Translations under genes and position numbers: made by a program
Shown: positions 37,806 to 46,674 of the stretch, piece after piece
Layout of the letters: the number at the start of each line of letters is the position of its first letter
Numbering within the stretch: position 1 is the first letter of the stretch
Notes under the pieces: generated by a model
The model's database searches: none
The model's input: the letters and a program-made list of their open reading frames with translations, nothing else
Told to the model about the DNA's origin: nothing
Assembly: GCA_937934745.1 (NCBI GenBank)
Contig: CALGZC010000015.1
Coordinates: 61,062-125,061, forward strand
Origin: an uncultured Blastocatellia bacterium
GTDB lineage: Bacteria; Acidobacteriota; Blastocatellia; Chloracidobacteriales; Chloracidobacteriaceae
Direction of reading: 5' to 3'
DNA length: 64,000 bases

Positions 37806-38459
37806 ATGATGTGGCAGTGGTTGCAGAGTGCCTGGGAACGCAGTGAAAGCGTGCTGGATGGCTTAACCAAGCTGCATCAAGACAACACGTTGGCGCGCTT
37901 GGCGGCCGGTGAAGTGCGCGTCTCGGAAACGCATCTTAACACGGCTTTGGCGACGGCACCGCTGCGCGGTGTGCGCGATGTGTCGCTGGTCACCCACGAT
38001 GGGAGTTTCACCCTGACGGCCCGGAGTGAGCGATTTTCCCTGGCGCGCGTGAGCGTTCCGCTGCGCATTGAGCAGGTGACATTCACACGTTATCGGCGCC
38101 GCGTGTACCTGGTCACGGCCGGACGCATTGCCGTGCACGGGACGAGCCTTTGGCAGCGGGCGGCGGCTTACCTGTTGACCACGCTGTTTCGGCACGTCCT
38201 CGGTGATGCCCACGCCCTGCGCGAAGCAGGTGATCCGGCCGCCGGCGTCCACTTCGACGGACGCGGTCTCGAAGTCAACCTCAATCAAATCCCAGAAGTG
38301 CGGGCAGCACTCAATCTGGAGTACGTCATTGCCGGCCGCCGGCTGCGGCCGTTGCATTTCGTGACCATTGATGCCATTACCCCCAACACGGGCTATTTTC
38401 TCGTGCGTTCGTCCGTCAACTGGACCGCAGTTGCCGACGCACTCCGCCGGCCCGAATAA
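37806..38459 (+). CDS. hypothetical protein
   Basis: 217-aa ORF fills the gap before trmH on the same strand; natural composition; no recognised motif. Confidence 0.6.
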   Translation: MMWQWLQSAWERSESVLDGLTKLHQDNTLARLAAGEVRVSETHLNTALATAPLRGVRDVSLVTHDGSFTLTARSERFSLARVSVPLRIEQVTFTRYRRRVYLVTAGRIAVHGTSLWQRAAAYLLTTLFRHVLGDAHALREAGDPAAGVHFDGRGLEVNLNQIPEVRAALNLEYVIAGRRLRPLHFVTIDAITPNTGYFLVRSSVNWTAVADALRRPE

Positions 38460-38575
38460 CGTGCCGGGCCGACACAACCTTGGGAACCGTGAACTCAAAG
38501 CTGCCGTAGGTGTGACCCCAACTCAGGCTGACTCTGCAGTCTGACTCAGACTGCGGCCCGACCCAGGTTGAACCC

Positions 38576-39391
38576 ATGTTAGTTGAAACCATCACGAGCC
38601 GGAACAACCCACTTGTCAAGCGCTTGCTTGCCGTACGTGACGGACGCGAGCGGCGGGCCATCTTTATCGAGGGCATCCGTCTAGTGGAAGAGGCCCTGCG
38701 CAGCGGTGTGCACCTCGAGGCCATTGCCTATAGTCCGCGTTTGTCAGCAACCCCGCGTGGGGAGGCCCTGCTCGATGTGCTTCAAAGCCAGCCCTGTCGT
38801 GGCGCCCTGCTGACCGAAAACCTCATGGCGCAGGTCAGCGATGTGGAAACCGCGCCAGGTATCATTGCCCTTGGGCGTCGCCCGGCCGGCGTCCTCCCGG
38901 ACAACGCGGGTGATGCGCCGCCGTTGCTAGTCCTGGCCGACGGCCTGCAATCGCCGGGTAATCTCGGGGCGCTGGTTCGGACGGCTGCGGCCGTGGGGGC
39001 CACGGCCGTTTTGGCTACGGTCGGCACGGCCGATCCGTTTCAACCGAAAGCGCTGCGTGCCTCTGCCGGAGCTGCCTTTCGGCTTCCGATGCTGGCCGGT
39101 CCGGAGATACCGGAGCAGGTGCAACGCTTGCGCCGGCAGGGTGTGTGCTTGGTTGCTGCCGACCCACGGGGCGATACCCCGTATGACGCTTTCGACTGGC
39201 GGCGTCCGGTCATGGTGTGGTTTGGTGCAGAAGGTCACGGCCTGAGCGCCGTCCGCCACAGCGGCCAAGCAGAGTTTGACGCCCGTTTGGTCATTCCGAT
39301 GGATGGAGCGGTAGAGTCCCTCAATGTGGCCGTCGCCGGCGGCATTCTGCTGTACGAAGCACGTCGGCAGCGAACAGCAGGAGGGCGGTGA
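38576..39391 (+). CDS. TrmH/SpoU-family RNA 2'-O-methyltransferase
   Basis: ITSRNNP, QSPGNLGALVRTA, FGAEGHGL and IPMDGAVESLNVAVA. Confidence 0.93.
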   Translation: MLVETITSRNNPLVKRLLAVRDGRERRAIFIEGIRLVEEALRSGVHLEAIAYSPRLSATPRGEALLDVLQSQPCRGALLTENLMAQVSDVETAPGIIALGRRPAGVLPDNAGDAPPLLVLADGLQSPGNLGALVRTAAAVGATAVLATVGTADPFQPKALRASAGAAFRLPMLAGPEIPEQVQRLRRQGVCLVAADPRGDTPYDAFDWRRPVMVWFGAEGHGLSAVRHSGQAEFDARLVIPMDGAVESLNVAVAGGILLYEARRQRTAGGR

Positions 39392-40281
39392 TGGCGATGC
39401 ACCGGCAGCTCATCGTCAACGCGGATGACTTTGGCATGTGCGTCGGCGTCAACAGCGGTGTGATCCGGGCTTACCACAACGGCATTGTCACCAGCACAAC
39501 TCTGATGGCGAATGGAGCTGCGTTTGACGACGCCGTAGCCCGCCTGCGCGACGCCCCGGGCCTGGGGGTCGGAGTGCATCTGACCCTGTTGGGTGGACCA
39601 CCGGTCGCTCCGCCGTCTGCCGTGCGGAGCCTCCTCGGAACGGACGGAACGCTGCCCAATGACTTGAGTGCCTTCATGCGGCGACTGGTACGACGTGAAC
39701 TTAAGCCAACCGAGATTGAGGTGGAGTTGCGCGCCCAAGTTGAGCGGGTCCTGGCGGCAGGGATACGGCCGACGCACTTTGACAGCCACAAACACACGCA
39801 CGCGCATCCGTTGGTGCTGGATGTGGTGCTGCGCGTAGCCGAGGCCTACGGTGTACCCAGTGTCCGGTGCCCACACGAACGCCTGACCTTCGTGGCGACG
39901 GCCGGCCTGCAGTACGGCCAGCTCATGACGTTGATGAGGCAGAAAATGAGCGCATTGGCTCTGGCCCGCTACGCCGCCGCATTCCGGTCTGCCGTCCGCG
40001 CCGCCCGCCGGCAGATACCGGACACCTTCTTTGGATTGGCACACACGGGCTTGCTCAATCCGGCATTGCTCTGTTATATGCTCCGGCTTTTACCCGGCGG
40101 CACCAGTGAGTTGATGTGCCACCCCGCTGACTGGGATGAAACCCTGCGGCGCTATCCGACGCGCCTAAAAGCGGCGCGGGTGAGCGAACTTGCCGCCCTC
40201 ATGGATGCTGGTGTACGGGAGGAGATCGCACGGCAAAACATTCAGCTTGTGAGTTTTGCCGCGCTCAACAGCCACGCCTGA
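39388..40281 (+). CDS. YdjC/ChbG/HpnK-family carbohydrate deacetylase
   Basis: NADDFG, GVHLTL, HFDSHKH and ELMCHP. Confidence 0.88.
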   Translation: MMAMHRQLIVNADDFGMCVGVNSGVIRAYHNGIVTSTTLMANGAAFDDAVARLRDAPGLGVGVHLTLLGGPPVAPPSAVRSLLGTDGTLPNDLSAFMRRLVRRELKPTEIEVELRAQVERVLAAGIRPTHFDSHKHTHAHPLVLDVVLRVAEAYGVPSVRCPHERLTFVATAGLQYGQLMTLMRQKMSALALARYAAAFRSAVRAARRQIPDTFFGLAHTGLLNPALLCYMLRLLPGGTSELMCHPADWDETLRRYPTRLKAARVSELAALMDAGVREEIARQNIQLVSFAALNSHA

Positions 40282-40283
40282 CG

Positions 40284-41306
40284 ATGTTTGACGATGCCGA
40301 GCTGCACGATCGGACGCCGGAAATCTCCGTCGTGATCCCGATGCACAACGAAGAAGGTAGCGTTGGCAAGTTATACGAGCGGCTGTGCGCCGTCCTGGAG
40401 GCGAACTATCCCTCATTTGAAATCATCTTTGTAGACGATGCCAGTTGTGATCGGACCTACCAGCGGTTGACCGACATTGCTGCCGGAGATGCGCGGGTGA
40501 CGGTCATTAAGCTCAAGCGCAATTTCGGTCAGACGCCGGCCCTGGCCGCGGGCTTTGACTATGCCCGCGGCGACATCATTGTTTCGATGGATGGCGACTT
40601 GCAGCACGATCCGGCCGATTTGCCGGCGCTGATTGCGCCGATTCACGCCGGTTATGATCTCGCCAGCGGTTGGCGGCACAAACGGGTGGATAATCTGGTG
40701 CTGCGGCGCATTCCGTCGCGGATCGCCAACTGGTTGATGGCCAAGCTATCCGGTGTCAACCTGCACGACTTTGGGACAACGTTCAAAGCCTACCGGCGCG
40801 ACACCATTAAGCGGATTCGTTTGTACGGCGAACTGCACCGGTTTATCCCGGCGCTCGCCAGTTGGAACGGGGCGCGGATTATTGAGGTTCCCATCAGGAA
40901 CGTGCAACGTGAGGAGGGGCGGTCACACTACGGCATTTCGCGGACGTTCCACGTGCTGTTTGATTTGCTCACCGTGCGCTTTCTGCTCAAATATGTGACC
41001 CGTCCGCTGCACTTTTTCGGCATGCCGGGCCTGCTGGCGCTGTTCATAGGCCTGAGCATTTGGTGTGTTCTGGGGACTAAGAAACTGGTCTTCGGCGGCG
41101 ATGTCTTTACGGTGCATGCACCGTGGATGATGATGGGCACGCTTTTGATCCTGGCGGGGATTCAATTATTTTCGACCGGTTTGGTGGCAGAGTTGCTGGC
41201 GCGCACGTACTTTGAGTCGCAGGGGCAGCCGATTTACACAATTGAAAAGGTGGTTCACTATCCATCTGCCCGCCCGCCTACTTCTGCCACGGTGCTGCGC
41301 AACTAG
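40284..41306 (+). CDS. GT2 polyprenyl-phosphate glycosyltransferase (ArnC/GtrB-like)
   Basis: [27 protein letters not shown] and two C-terminal TM helices. Confidence 0.9.
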   Translation: MFDDAELHDRTPEISVVIPMHNEEGSVGKLYERLCAVLEANYPSFEIIFVDDASCDRTYQRLTDIAAGDARVTVIKLKRNFGQTPALAAGFDYARGDIIVSMDGDLQHDPADLPALIAPIHAGYDLASGWRHKRVDNLVLRRIPSRIANWLMAKLSGVNLHDFGTTFKAYRRDTIKRIRLYGELHRFIPALASWNGARIIEVPIRNVQREEGRSHYGISRTFHVLFDLLTVRFLLKYVTRPLHFFGMPGLLALFIGLSIWCVLGTKKLVFGGDVFTVHAPWMMMGTLLILAGIQLFSTGLVAELLARTYFESQGQPIYTIEKVVHYPSARPPTSATVLRN

Positions 41307-41353
41307 CCGCCAATCCGAGTGGCGGCCTACCCTCCACAGGCTCCTCCGGCGTT

Positions 41354-42427
41354 ATGTTCGATAAACTGGCAGCTTTGGAAGAAAAATATCATCTGTTGAC
41401 AGCGCAACTGAGCGATCCGGATATTGTCTCGGATGCTGCGCGGTACGCCAAACTCGCCAAACAACACAGCGAACTGGCAGAAGTCGTCGAAATCTTTCGT
41501 GCATACAAGACCGTGGAAGCCAATCTTGCCAGCGCACGCGAGCTTTTGAATGAAAGTGACGACCCCGACCTGGCCGCTTTGGCGCGTGAGGAAATTGCCG
41601 CGTTAGAGCAGCAGCGGGAGAGCCATCGCGGTGCGCTTGAGCGATTGCTGACGCCCAGGGATCCGAACGATGGCAAGAATGTCATCCTTGAGATTCGTGC
41701 CGGGACAGGTGGCAATGAAGCGTCGTTGTTTGCGGCAGAGTTGATGCGGATGTATCTGCGCTACGCCGAACGCCAGCGATGGCGGGTGCAGATGTTGGAT
41801 GAGTCGCTGTCCGAAGTCGGTGGGTTGAAGGAAGGGATTGCGCTGATTGAGGGCGACCGGGTGTATTCACGGCTCAAGCATGAGTCGGGCGTTCACCGGG
41901 TCCAGCGCGTCCCGGCGACAGAATCGGCCGGGCGTATCCATACTTCGACGGTGACGGTGGCCGTGCTGCCGGAAGCAGAAGAAGTAGAGATTGAGATTGA
42001 CCCGAAGGACGTGCGGATTGACACCTTTTGCTCATCCGGTCCCGGCGGTCAGTCCGTCAACACCACCTACTCAGCCGTTCGGCTGACGCACTTGCCGACC
42101 GGCATCGTGGTGTCGATGCAGGATGAGAAGTCCCAGATCAAAAATCGTGAAAAAGCGTTTCGGATCCTACGTGCTCGCCTGCTTGACCTCGAGCGTCAGA
42201 AACAGCACGAAGCCATCGCCGGAGAACGACGGGCGCAGGTCGGGACAGGCGAACGGAGCGAAAAGATCCGCACGTATAACTTCAAGGAAAATCGTGTGAC
42301 AGATCACCGCATCGGCTTGACCTTGCATCAACTGGACAACGTGCTGGAAGGCGATTTGGATGGGTTGCTCGACCCACTGGTCGCGCACTTTCAGGCGCTC
42401 AAGATGCAATCCGAGGTGGCTGCCTGA
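41354..42427 (+). CDS. prfA: peptide chain release factor 1
   Basis: GPGGQ and the RF1-specific PxT (VQRVPAT). Confidence 0.97.
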   Translation: MFDKLAALEEKYHLLTAQLSDPDIVSDAARYAKLAKQHSELAEVVEIFRAYKTVEANLASARELLNESDDPDLAALAREEIAALEQQRESHRGALERLLTPRDPNDGKNVILEIRAGTGGNEASLFAAELMRMYLRYAERQRWRVQMLDESLSEVGGLKEGIALIEGDRVYSRLKHESGVHRVQRVPATESAGRIHTSTVTVAVLPEAEEVEIEIDPKDVRIDTFCSSGPGGQSVNTTYSAVRLTHLPTGIVVSMQDEKSQIKNREKAFRILRARLLDLERQKQHEAIAGERRAQVGTGERSEKIRTYNFKENRVTDHRIGLTLHQLDNVLEGDLDGLLDPLVAHFQALKMQSEVAA

Positions 42428-42451
42428 CAGTCACCCCCCGGAGCCTGCGAG

Positions 42452-42895
42452 ATGGTGGGAGGTATGCACCCCACAACAACGCTGGTGGTGGCTGCGGTCT
42501 GCGTGGACGGCCCACACGTCCTTGTGACACAGCGCCTGTCAAGCGGGCGTTTCCCCGACCAGTGGGAATTTCCGGGTGGGAAGCTCCACTGGGGGGAGGT
42601 CCCGGAGGAGGGGCTACGCCGTGAACTGCGCGAAGAACTCGGCGTGGAGATTGAAGTCGGTTGTCCGCTGCACGTCATCCACTACACGCTGGACGCGCAG
42701 CAGGCTGTGGCAGTGGTGTTTTACTGGGCGCGGATTGTCGGCGGCACCCTGACCTTGCGCGAAGTGCAGGCGGCGCGCTGGGTACAGCCGGCTGACATGG
42801 CTGCCCTTCCGATCTTGCCGCCGAATCGTCCGGTAGTCACCCGCCTGTGTCGGTTGGCCGCTCGTCGTGCCGGGCTATGTCCGCAGTTTGATTGA
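42452..42895 (+). CDS. Nudix hydrolase (MutT/NudG-like)
   Basis: WEFPGGK...GE...GLRRELREELG Nudix box. Confidence 0.9.
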   Translation: MVGGMHPTTTLVVAAVCVDGPHVLVTQRLSSGRFPDQWEFPGGKLHWGEVPEEGLRRELREELGVEIEVGCPLHVIHYTLDAQQAVAVVFYWARIVGGTLTLREVQAARWVQPADMAALPILPPNRPVVTRLCRLAARRAGLCPQFD

Positions 42896-42897
42896 AC

Positions 42898-45189
42898 CTA
42901 CACTGGGCGTAGGTAGGGCGGATCGGTTTCCGGCGGGCTGGGCACCTTCCAAAAGCCGCTCGGGTGCGGGCGACCGATGCCCTCGGTCTCAACAACACAG
43001 ACACGGTTGCGGCCGTGTTGCTTCGCGCGGTACAGGGCGCGGTCGGCCAGTTCAAGAAGTTGCTTGGGGTCGTTCGTGTCAGAAGGCAGCCCTGCCACAC
43101 CGAGACTGATGGTTAGGCGGCCACCTGGTTGTGATTCGCGTCCGGCAAACGGATACTCCGAAACACGCCGGCGCAATCGCTCGGCTAACATCGCCGCCTG
43201 GGTCTTGGGCGTGTTGGGCAACAGGATGACAAATTCTTCTCCTCCGTACCGCGCAAGGAGGTCGCTGCGTCGAAAACAGCGTTCCATCAGCCGTGCCAGG
43301 TCCTTCAACAACTCATTCCCAGCTTCGTGTCCATTGGTGTCATTGAAGTGTTTGAACCAATCCACATCGAGCATAATCAGTGATAACGGTTGACCACTGC
43401 GTTCGGCCGCCTCGGCTTGCCGCAACAGCTTTTCGGCAAAGTAAGCATGGTTGAAAAGCCCGGTCAGTCCGTCGGTAATGGCGCGGTGCTTAGCGCTGTG
43501 GTAGGCGCGTAGCATGGCCTCAAGCTCACGTTTCTGGGCAATGAGCGATTTAACCCGCATGATGAGTTCCTTGCGGTTGACCGGTTTGATCAGAACATCT
43601 GTCGCCCCGACTTCGAGACCGTGCAGTTTTTCCGTTGTCTCCGGCGAAGTGGTCAGCATCAGGACGGGCAGATGCCGTGTTGCCTCCGTTTGCTTGATGA
43701 GCCGACATAGCTCGTAGCCGTCTGCCAGCGGAAGCTCCGCGTCAATCAGGACGACATCGGGGAGTCGGGTTGCTGACTCAAAGTAGTTGGCATGCAGCAT
43801 GGCTGCGGTTTCATTCCCTGACGCCACAATGAGTTGTGGCCGGAGGTTTTCACTTTCCAGAATTGTGCGTAATAAGCGTCCACTCTCGATGCCGGCGTCA
43901 ATGATGACCACCTGGGGCGCCTCGTCCGGTAGCGATGTGGTGCGATGTGGCAACCGAAAGGTGAGCTGACAGCCGCGCGTTGTATCGCCGTCAACCGTGA
44001 GCGTCGTGCCGTGGAGTTGCAAGATGCGGTGCGTGACATTCAGGCCAAGTGCAACGCCGCGCACCGGCATGCCGCCGGGTGCGTTGGTGTGAATCAATCC
44101 CCGGTAGGTAGCCAGACGTTGCTCGGCGACAATACCGGTCAAATTGTCCTGAAGTGTTATGACTAGGTACTGCACGTTGCTCGATGAACGGTGCAGCTCT
44201 CCGGTGAGCCGAATAACTCCGCCACGCGGAATGTGGCGCAGGGCGTCATCGAGCAACTGGGAGAGGGCTTCGTAGAGCCGCAGCTCGTCGCCGACGAGCA
44301 TTTCGCAGGCTGGGTCAAGCGTGATTTCCAACGTGATCTGCCGCCGCTGTGCCATCGGGGCAAAGGCTGACTGGAGCGACTGGAACAGCCGTGCCGCCGA
44401 AAATTCCCGGACATCAAGAACATCGCCACCGCGTTCAAGGCGCACTAAACGCATGAGGTCATCCACAATGTGCAGCAGGGCCTGGCCGCCGGCTTCAATG
44501 TGGTGCACAAACTCACGCTGCGCATCGGTCAGCGTGCCAAAAGCAGCGTCCTGAAGCATTTCACAGTAGCCAAGCACCGTCGTCAGGGGCGCACGTAGTT
44601 CGTAGTCAACGTTGGCGATGAACTTCTCCCGGTCGCAGATTGCCTGTTCTCCTAGTTCGGTTAGGCGCTCCACGGCGTGGCGGGTCACCTCTAGTTGACG
44701 TCCGAGGTCGGCAAGCTGGCTTTCTGCCTCGGCAAGGCGCACACACCAACCACCTTCACGCAGTAAAAATGCCCAGCTCAGTTCGTGGCCCTGGAGAGCG
44801 TTATCCAGGGCCGCTGCCTCTGCGTGTTCAACCAACACCACGCCACACAGCAGATTGTTGAACGTGAGCCGGCGGATGAGCAGCCCCGGACTGTTCTGAG
44901 CTGCGAAGGGAAAGTCCGGCAGCGTGTGGCGTGGCGTAACGACCAAATGGTCATCCTCAAGCCGGGCCGCTCGTTCGGTGAGCACGGCCTCCATTGCCTC
45001 ACGGGCAAGGTCCGTGTATCCGACTGCGGCCAGAAGCCGAAATTGCTCATCGTCAAAGAAAGCAACCGCTGACGGGGCATCCCCTAACCGGCGGTAGAGA
45101 CCGACCACCACCTGCTGAAGTTGGTGCATCAGTTCCGGTGTCAACGCCTTAGAAACCCACACCTGTGACGACACGACGTATACCCCCAC
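42898..45189 (-). CDS. GAF-like / degenerate HisKA-HATPase / REC / GGDEF protein
   Basis: H-box ANVDYELRAPL (His to Tyr), degenerate N/G boxes, REC with DVVLID and KP, RxxD I-site, RYGGEEF; alternative ATG at 45129. Confidence 0.9.
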   Translation of the reverse strand: MGVYVVSSQVWVSKALTPELMHQLQQVVVGLYRRLGDAPSAVAFFDDEQFRLLAAVGYTDLAREAMEAVLTERAARLEDDHLVVTPRHTLPDFPFAAQNSPGLLIRRLTFNNLLCGVVLVEHAEAAALDNALQGHELSWAFLLREGGWCVRLAEAESQLADLGRQLEVTRHAVERLTELGEQAICDREKFIANVDYELRAPLTTVLGYCEMLQDAAFGTLTDAQREFVHHIEAGGQALLHIVDDLMRLVRLERGGDVLDVREFSAARLFQSLQSAFAPMAQRRQITLEITLDPACEMLVGDELRLYEALSQLLDDALRHIPRGGVIRLTGELHRSSSNVQYLVITLQDNLTGIVAEQRLATYRGLIHTNAPGGMPVRGVALGLNVTHRILQLHGTTLTVDGDTTRGCQLTFRLPHRTTSLPDEAPQVVIIDAGIESGRLLRTILESENLRPQLIVASGNETAAMLHANYFESATRLPDVVLIDAELPLADGYELCRLIKQTEATRHLPVLMLTTSPETTEKLHGLEVGATDVLIKPVNRKELIMRVKSLIAQKRELEAMLRAYHSAKHRAITDGLTGLFNHAYFAEKLLRQAEAAERSGQPLSLIMLDVDWFKHFNDTNGHEAGNELLKDLARLMERCFRRSDLLARYGGEEFVILLPNTPKTQAAMLAERLRRRVSEYPFAGRESQPGGRLTISLGVAGLPSDTNDPKQLLELADRALYRAKQHGRNRVCVVETEGIGRPHPSGFWKVPSPPETDPPYLRPV

Positions 45190-45225
45190 AATTCGGAGAC
45201 CTCGCGACTTTTCCTTACGTCATTC

Positions 45226-46353
45226 TTACGTCAGCTTAGGCTGCCCTGTTGGGCAGCAGGTTGTTGTCGGTCCGGCAGTGGCAGCAAGCATGCCGCACGC
45301 CGCAAAAATATCACGTCCGCGCGGCCGCCGAAGGTAAGTCGGCACGCCTTTAGCTCGTAACACCGCCTGGAAATGTGCAATGCGCTCGGGTGGGGATGGA
45401 CGGAAGGGAATGCCCGGCGCAGGATTGTATGGAATGAGGTTAATTTTGGCGGCGTTACGGGCGCGCAGCGGTGACAGCCAGCGGAGCAACGCGCGTGCGT
45501 CAGCCTCGCTGTCGTTAATGCCGTCCAGCAGGACATACTCAAACGTGATGTACTCTCCGGAGTGGCGCGGAAACGCCAAACACGCTTGTTGTAAAGCCGC
45601 CAGTGGGTAGGTGAGATTGACCGGCATGAGCCGGTTGCGCAGGGCATCGGTTGCGGCCGTCAGGGAAACCGCCAGGTGCGGGCGATCCGTCTCGCGTCCC
45701 AAGGCAATGATCTTCGGCACAATGCCAACGGTGGAAAGCGTGACCCGGCGGGGGACGATGTGCAGCCCGAATGGATCGGCCATGACGCGGAGCGCTTGCA
45801 TAACGTGGCTGTAGTTGAGTAGCGGTTCTCCCATCCCCATGAGAACTACGTTGACGTTCGCCGATTGCGCCGGCCCGGGACGCCGCCCGGTATCACGTAG
45901 CACATACAGCACCTGCGCCACGATCTCCCCGGCCGTCAGGTTTCGTTGCAACCCGAGCGTCGCCGTCGCACAAAACGCACACCCCATCGGACATCCGGCC
46001 TGGGACGAAAGACACAGCGTGACCCGCCGGCCGTCGGGAATCCAGACGGTTTCAACTGCGTGTCCACCGCGCACGGTGAACAAGTAACGCCGTGTTCCGT
46101 CCGCGGCCTCAAAAACCTGCACCGGGCGCAACGGCTCCAGATCGGCTTCGGCGGCCAGCGCCGTCCGCACCCCCTGCGGCAATTCGTGGATGGCTTCGAC
46201 CGACGTGACAAACCGCCGGTGTAGGGCCTGAAAAATCTGGCGTCCACGGTAGGCCGGCAGTCCAAACCCGGCAATATATGCACCGAATTGCTGGCTGGTG
46301 AGCCCGAGCCACTCAACACGCGACACGGTTTCTGGGGCGATTGGCATGCTCAC
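45226..46353 (-). CDS. rlmN: dual-specificity rRNA/tRNA C2 methyltransferase RlmN
   Basis: CLSSQAGCPMGCAFCAT, MGMGEP, STVG, NLIPYN and DIFAACG. Confidence 0.95.
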   Translation of the reverse strand: MSMPIAPETVSRVEWLGLTSQQFGAYIAGFGLPAYRGRQIFQALHRRFVTSVEAIHELPQGVRTALAAEADLEPLRPVQVFEAADGTRRYLFTVRGGHAVETVWIPDGRRVTLCLSSQAGCPMGCAFCATATLGLQRNLTAGEIVAQVLYVLRDTGRRPGPAQSANVNVVLMGMGEPLLNYSHVMQALRVMADPFGLHIVPRRVTLSTVGIVPKIIALGRETDRPHLAVSLTAATDALRNRLMPVNLTYPLAALQQACLAFPRHSGEYITFEYVLLDGINDSEADARALLRWLSPLRARNAAKINLIPYNPAPGIPFRPSPPERIAHFQAVLRAKGVPTYLRRPRGRDIFAACGMLAATAGPTTTCCPTGQPKLT

Positions 46354-46674
46354 AGCTCCTTAACTTGACAGCATCGTTTGGTGACCACGTGGTAATGAAA
46401 GCCGGTGGTGGTTATGAAAGCACGCCTCCCGCCGACCGCAAAGATCACCCAACGGCCGGCCCTCTAGCGCTGCGCAAGTGCGGTCGGATGGGCTTTTGCG
46501 AGAGCGCGTCAGGACTTCGACCTGAGATGACCTAGCGTGGTGCGGCCCGACAGTTTGGCCGGTTGCAATGCTCACTCCGGTTTTCGGATTTGGGTCAATA
46601 AAGATTGATGGGTATGTTTAGAAGGGCATCCATTCTGCCTTTTCTGAACATTCGGATGGTGAAGACAGAACACG

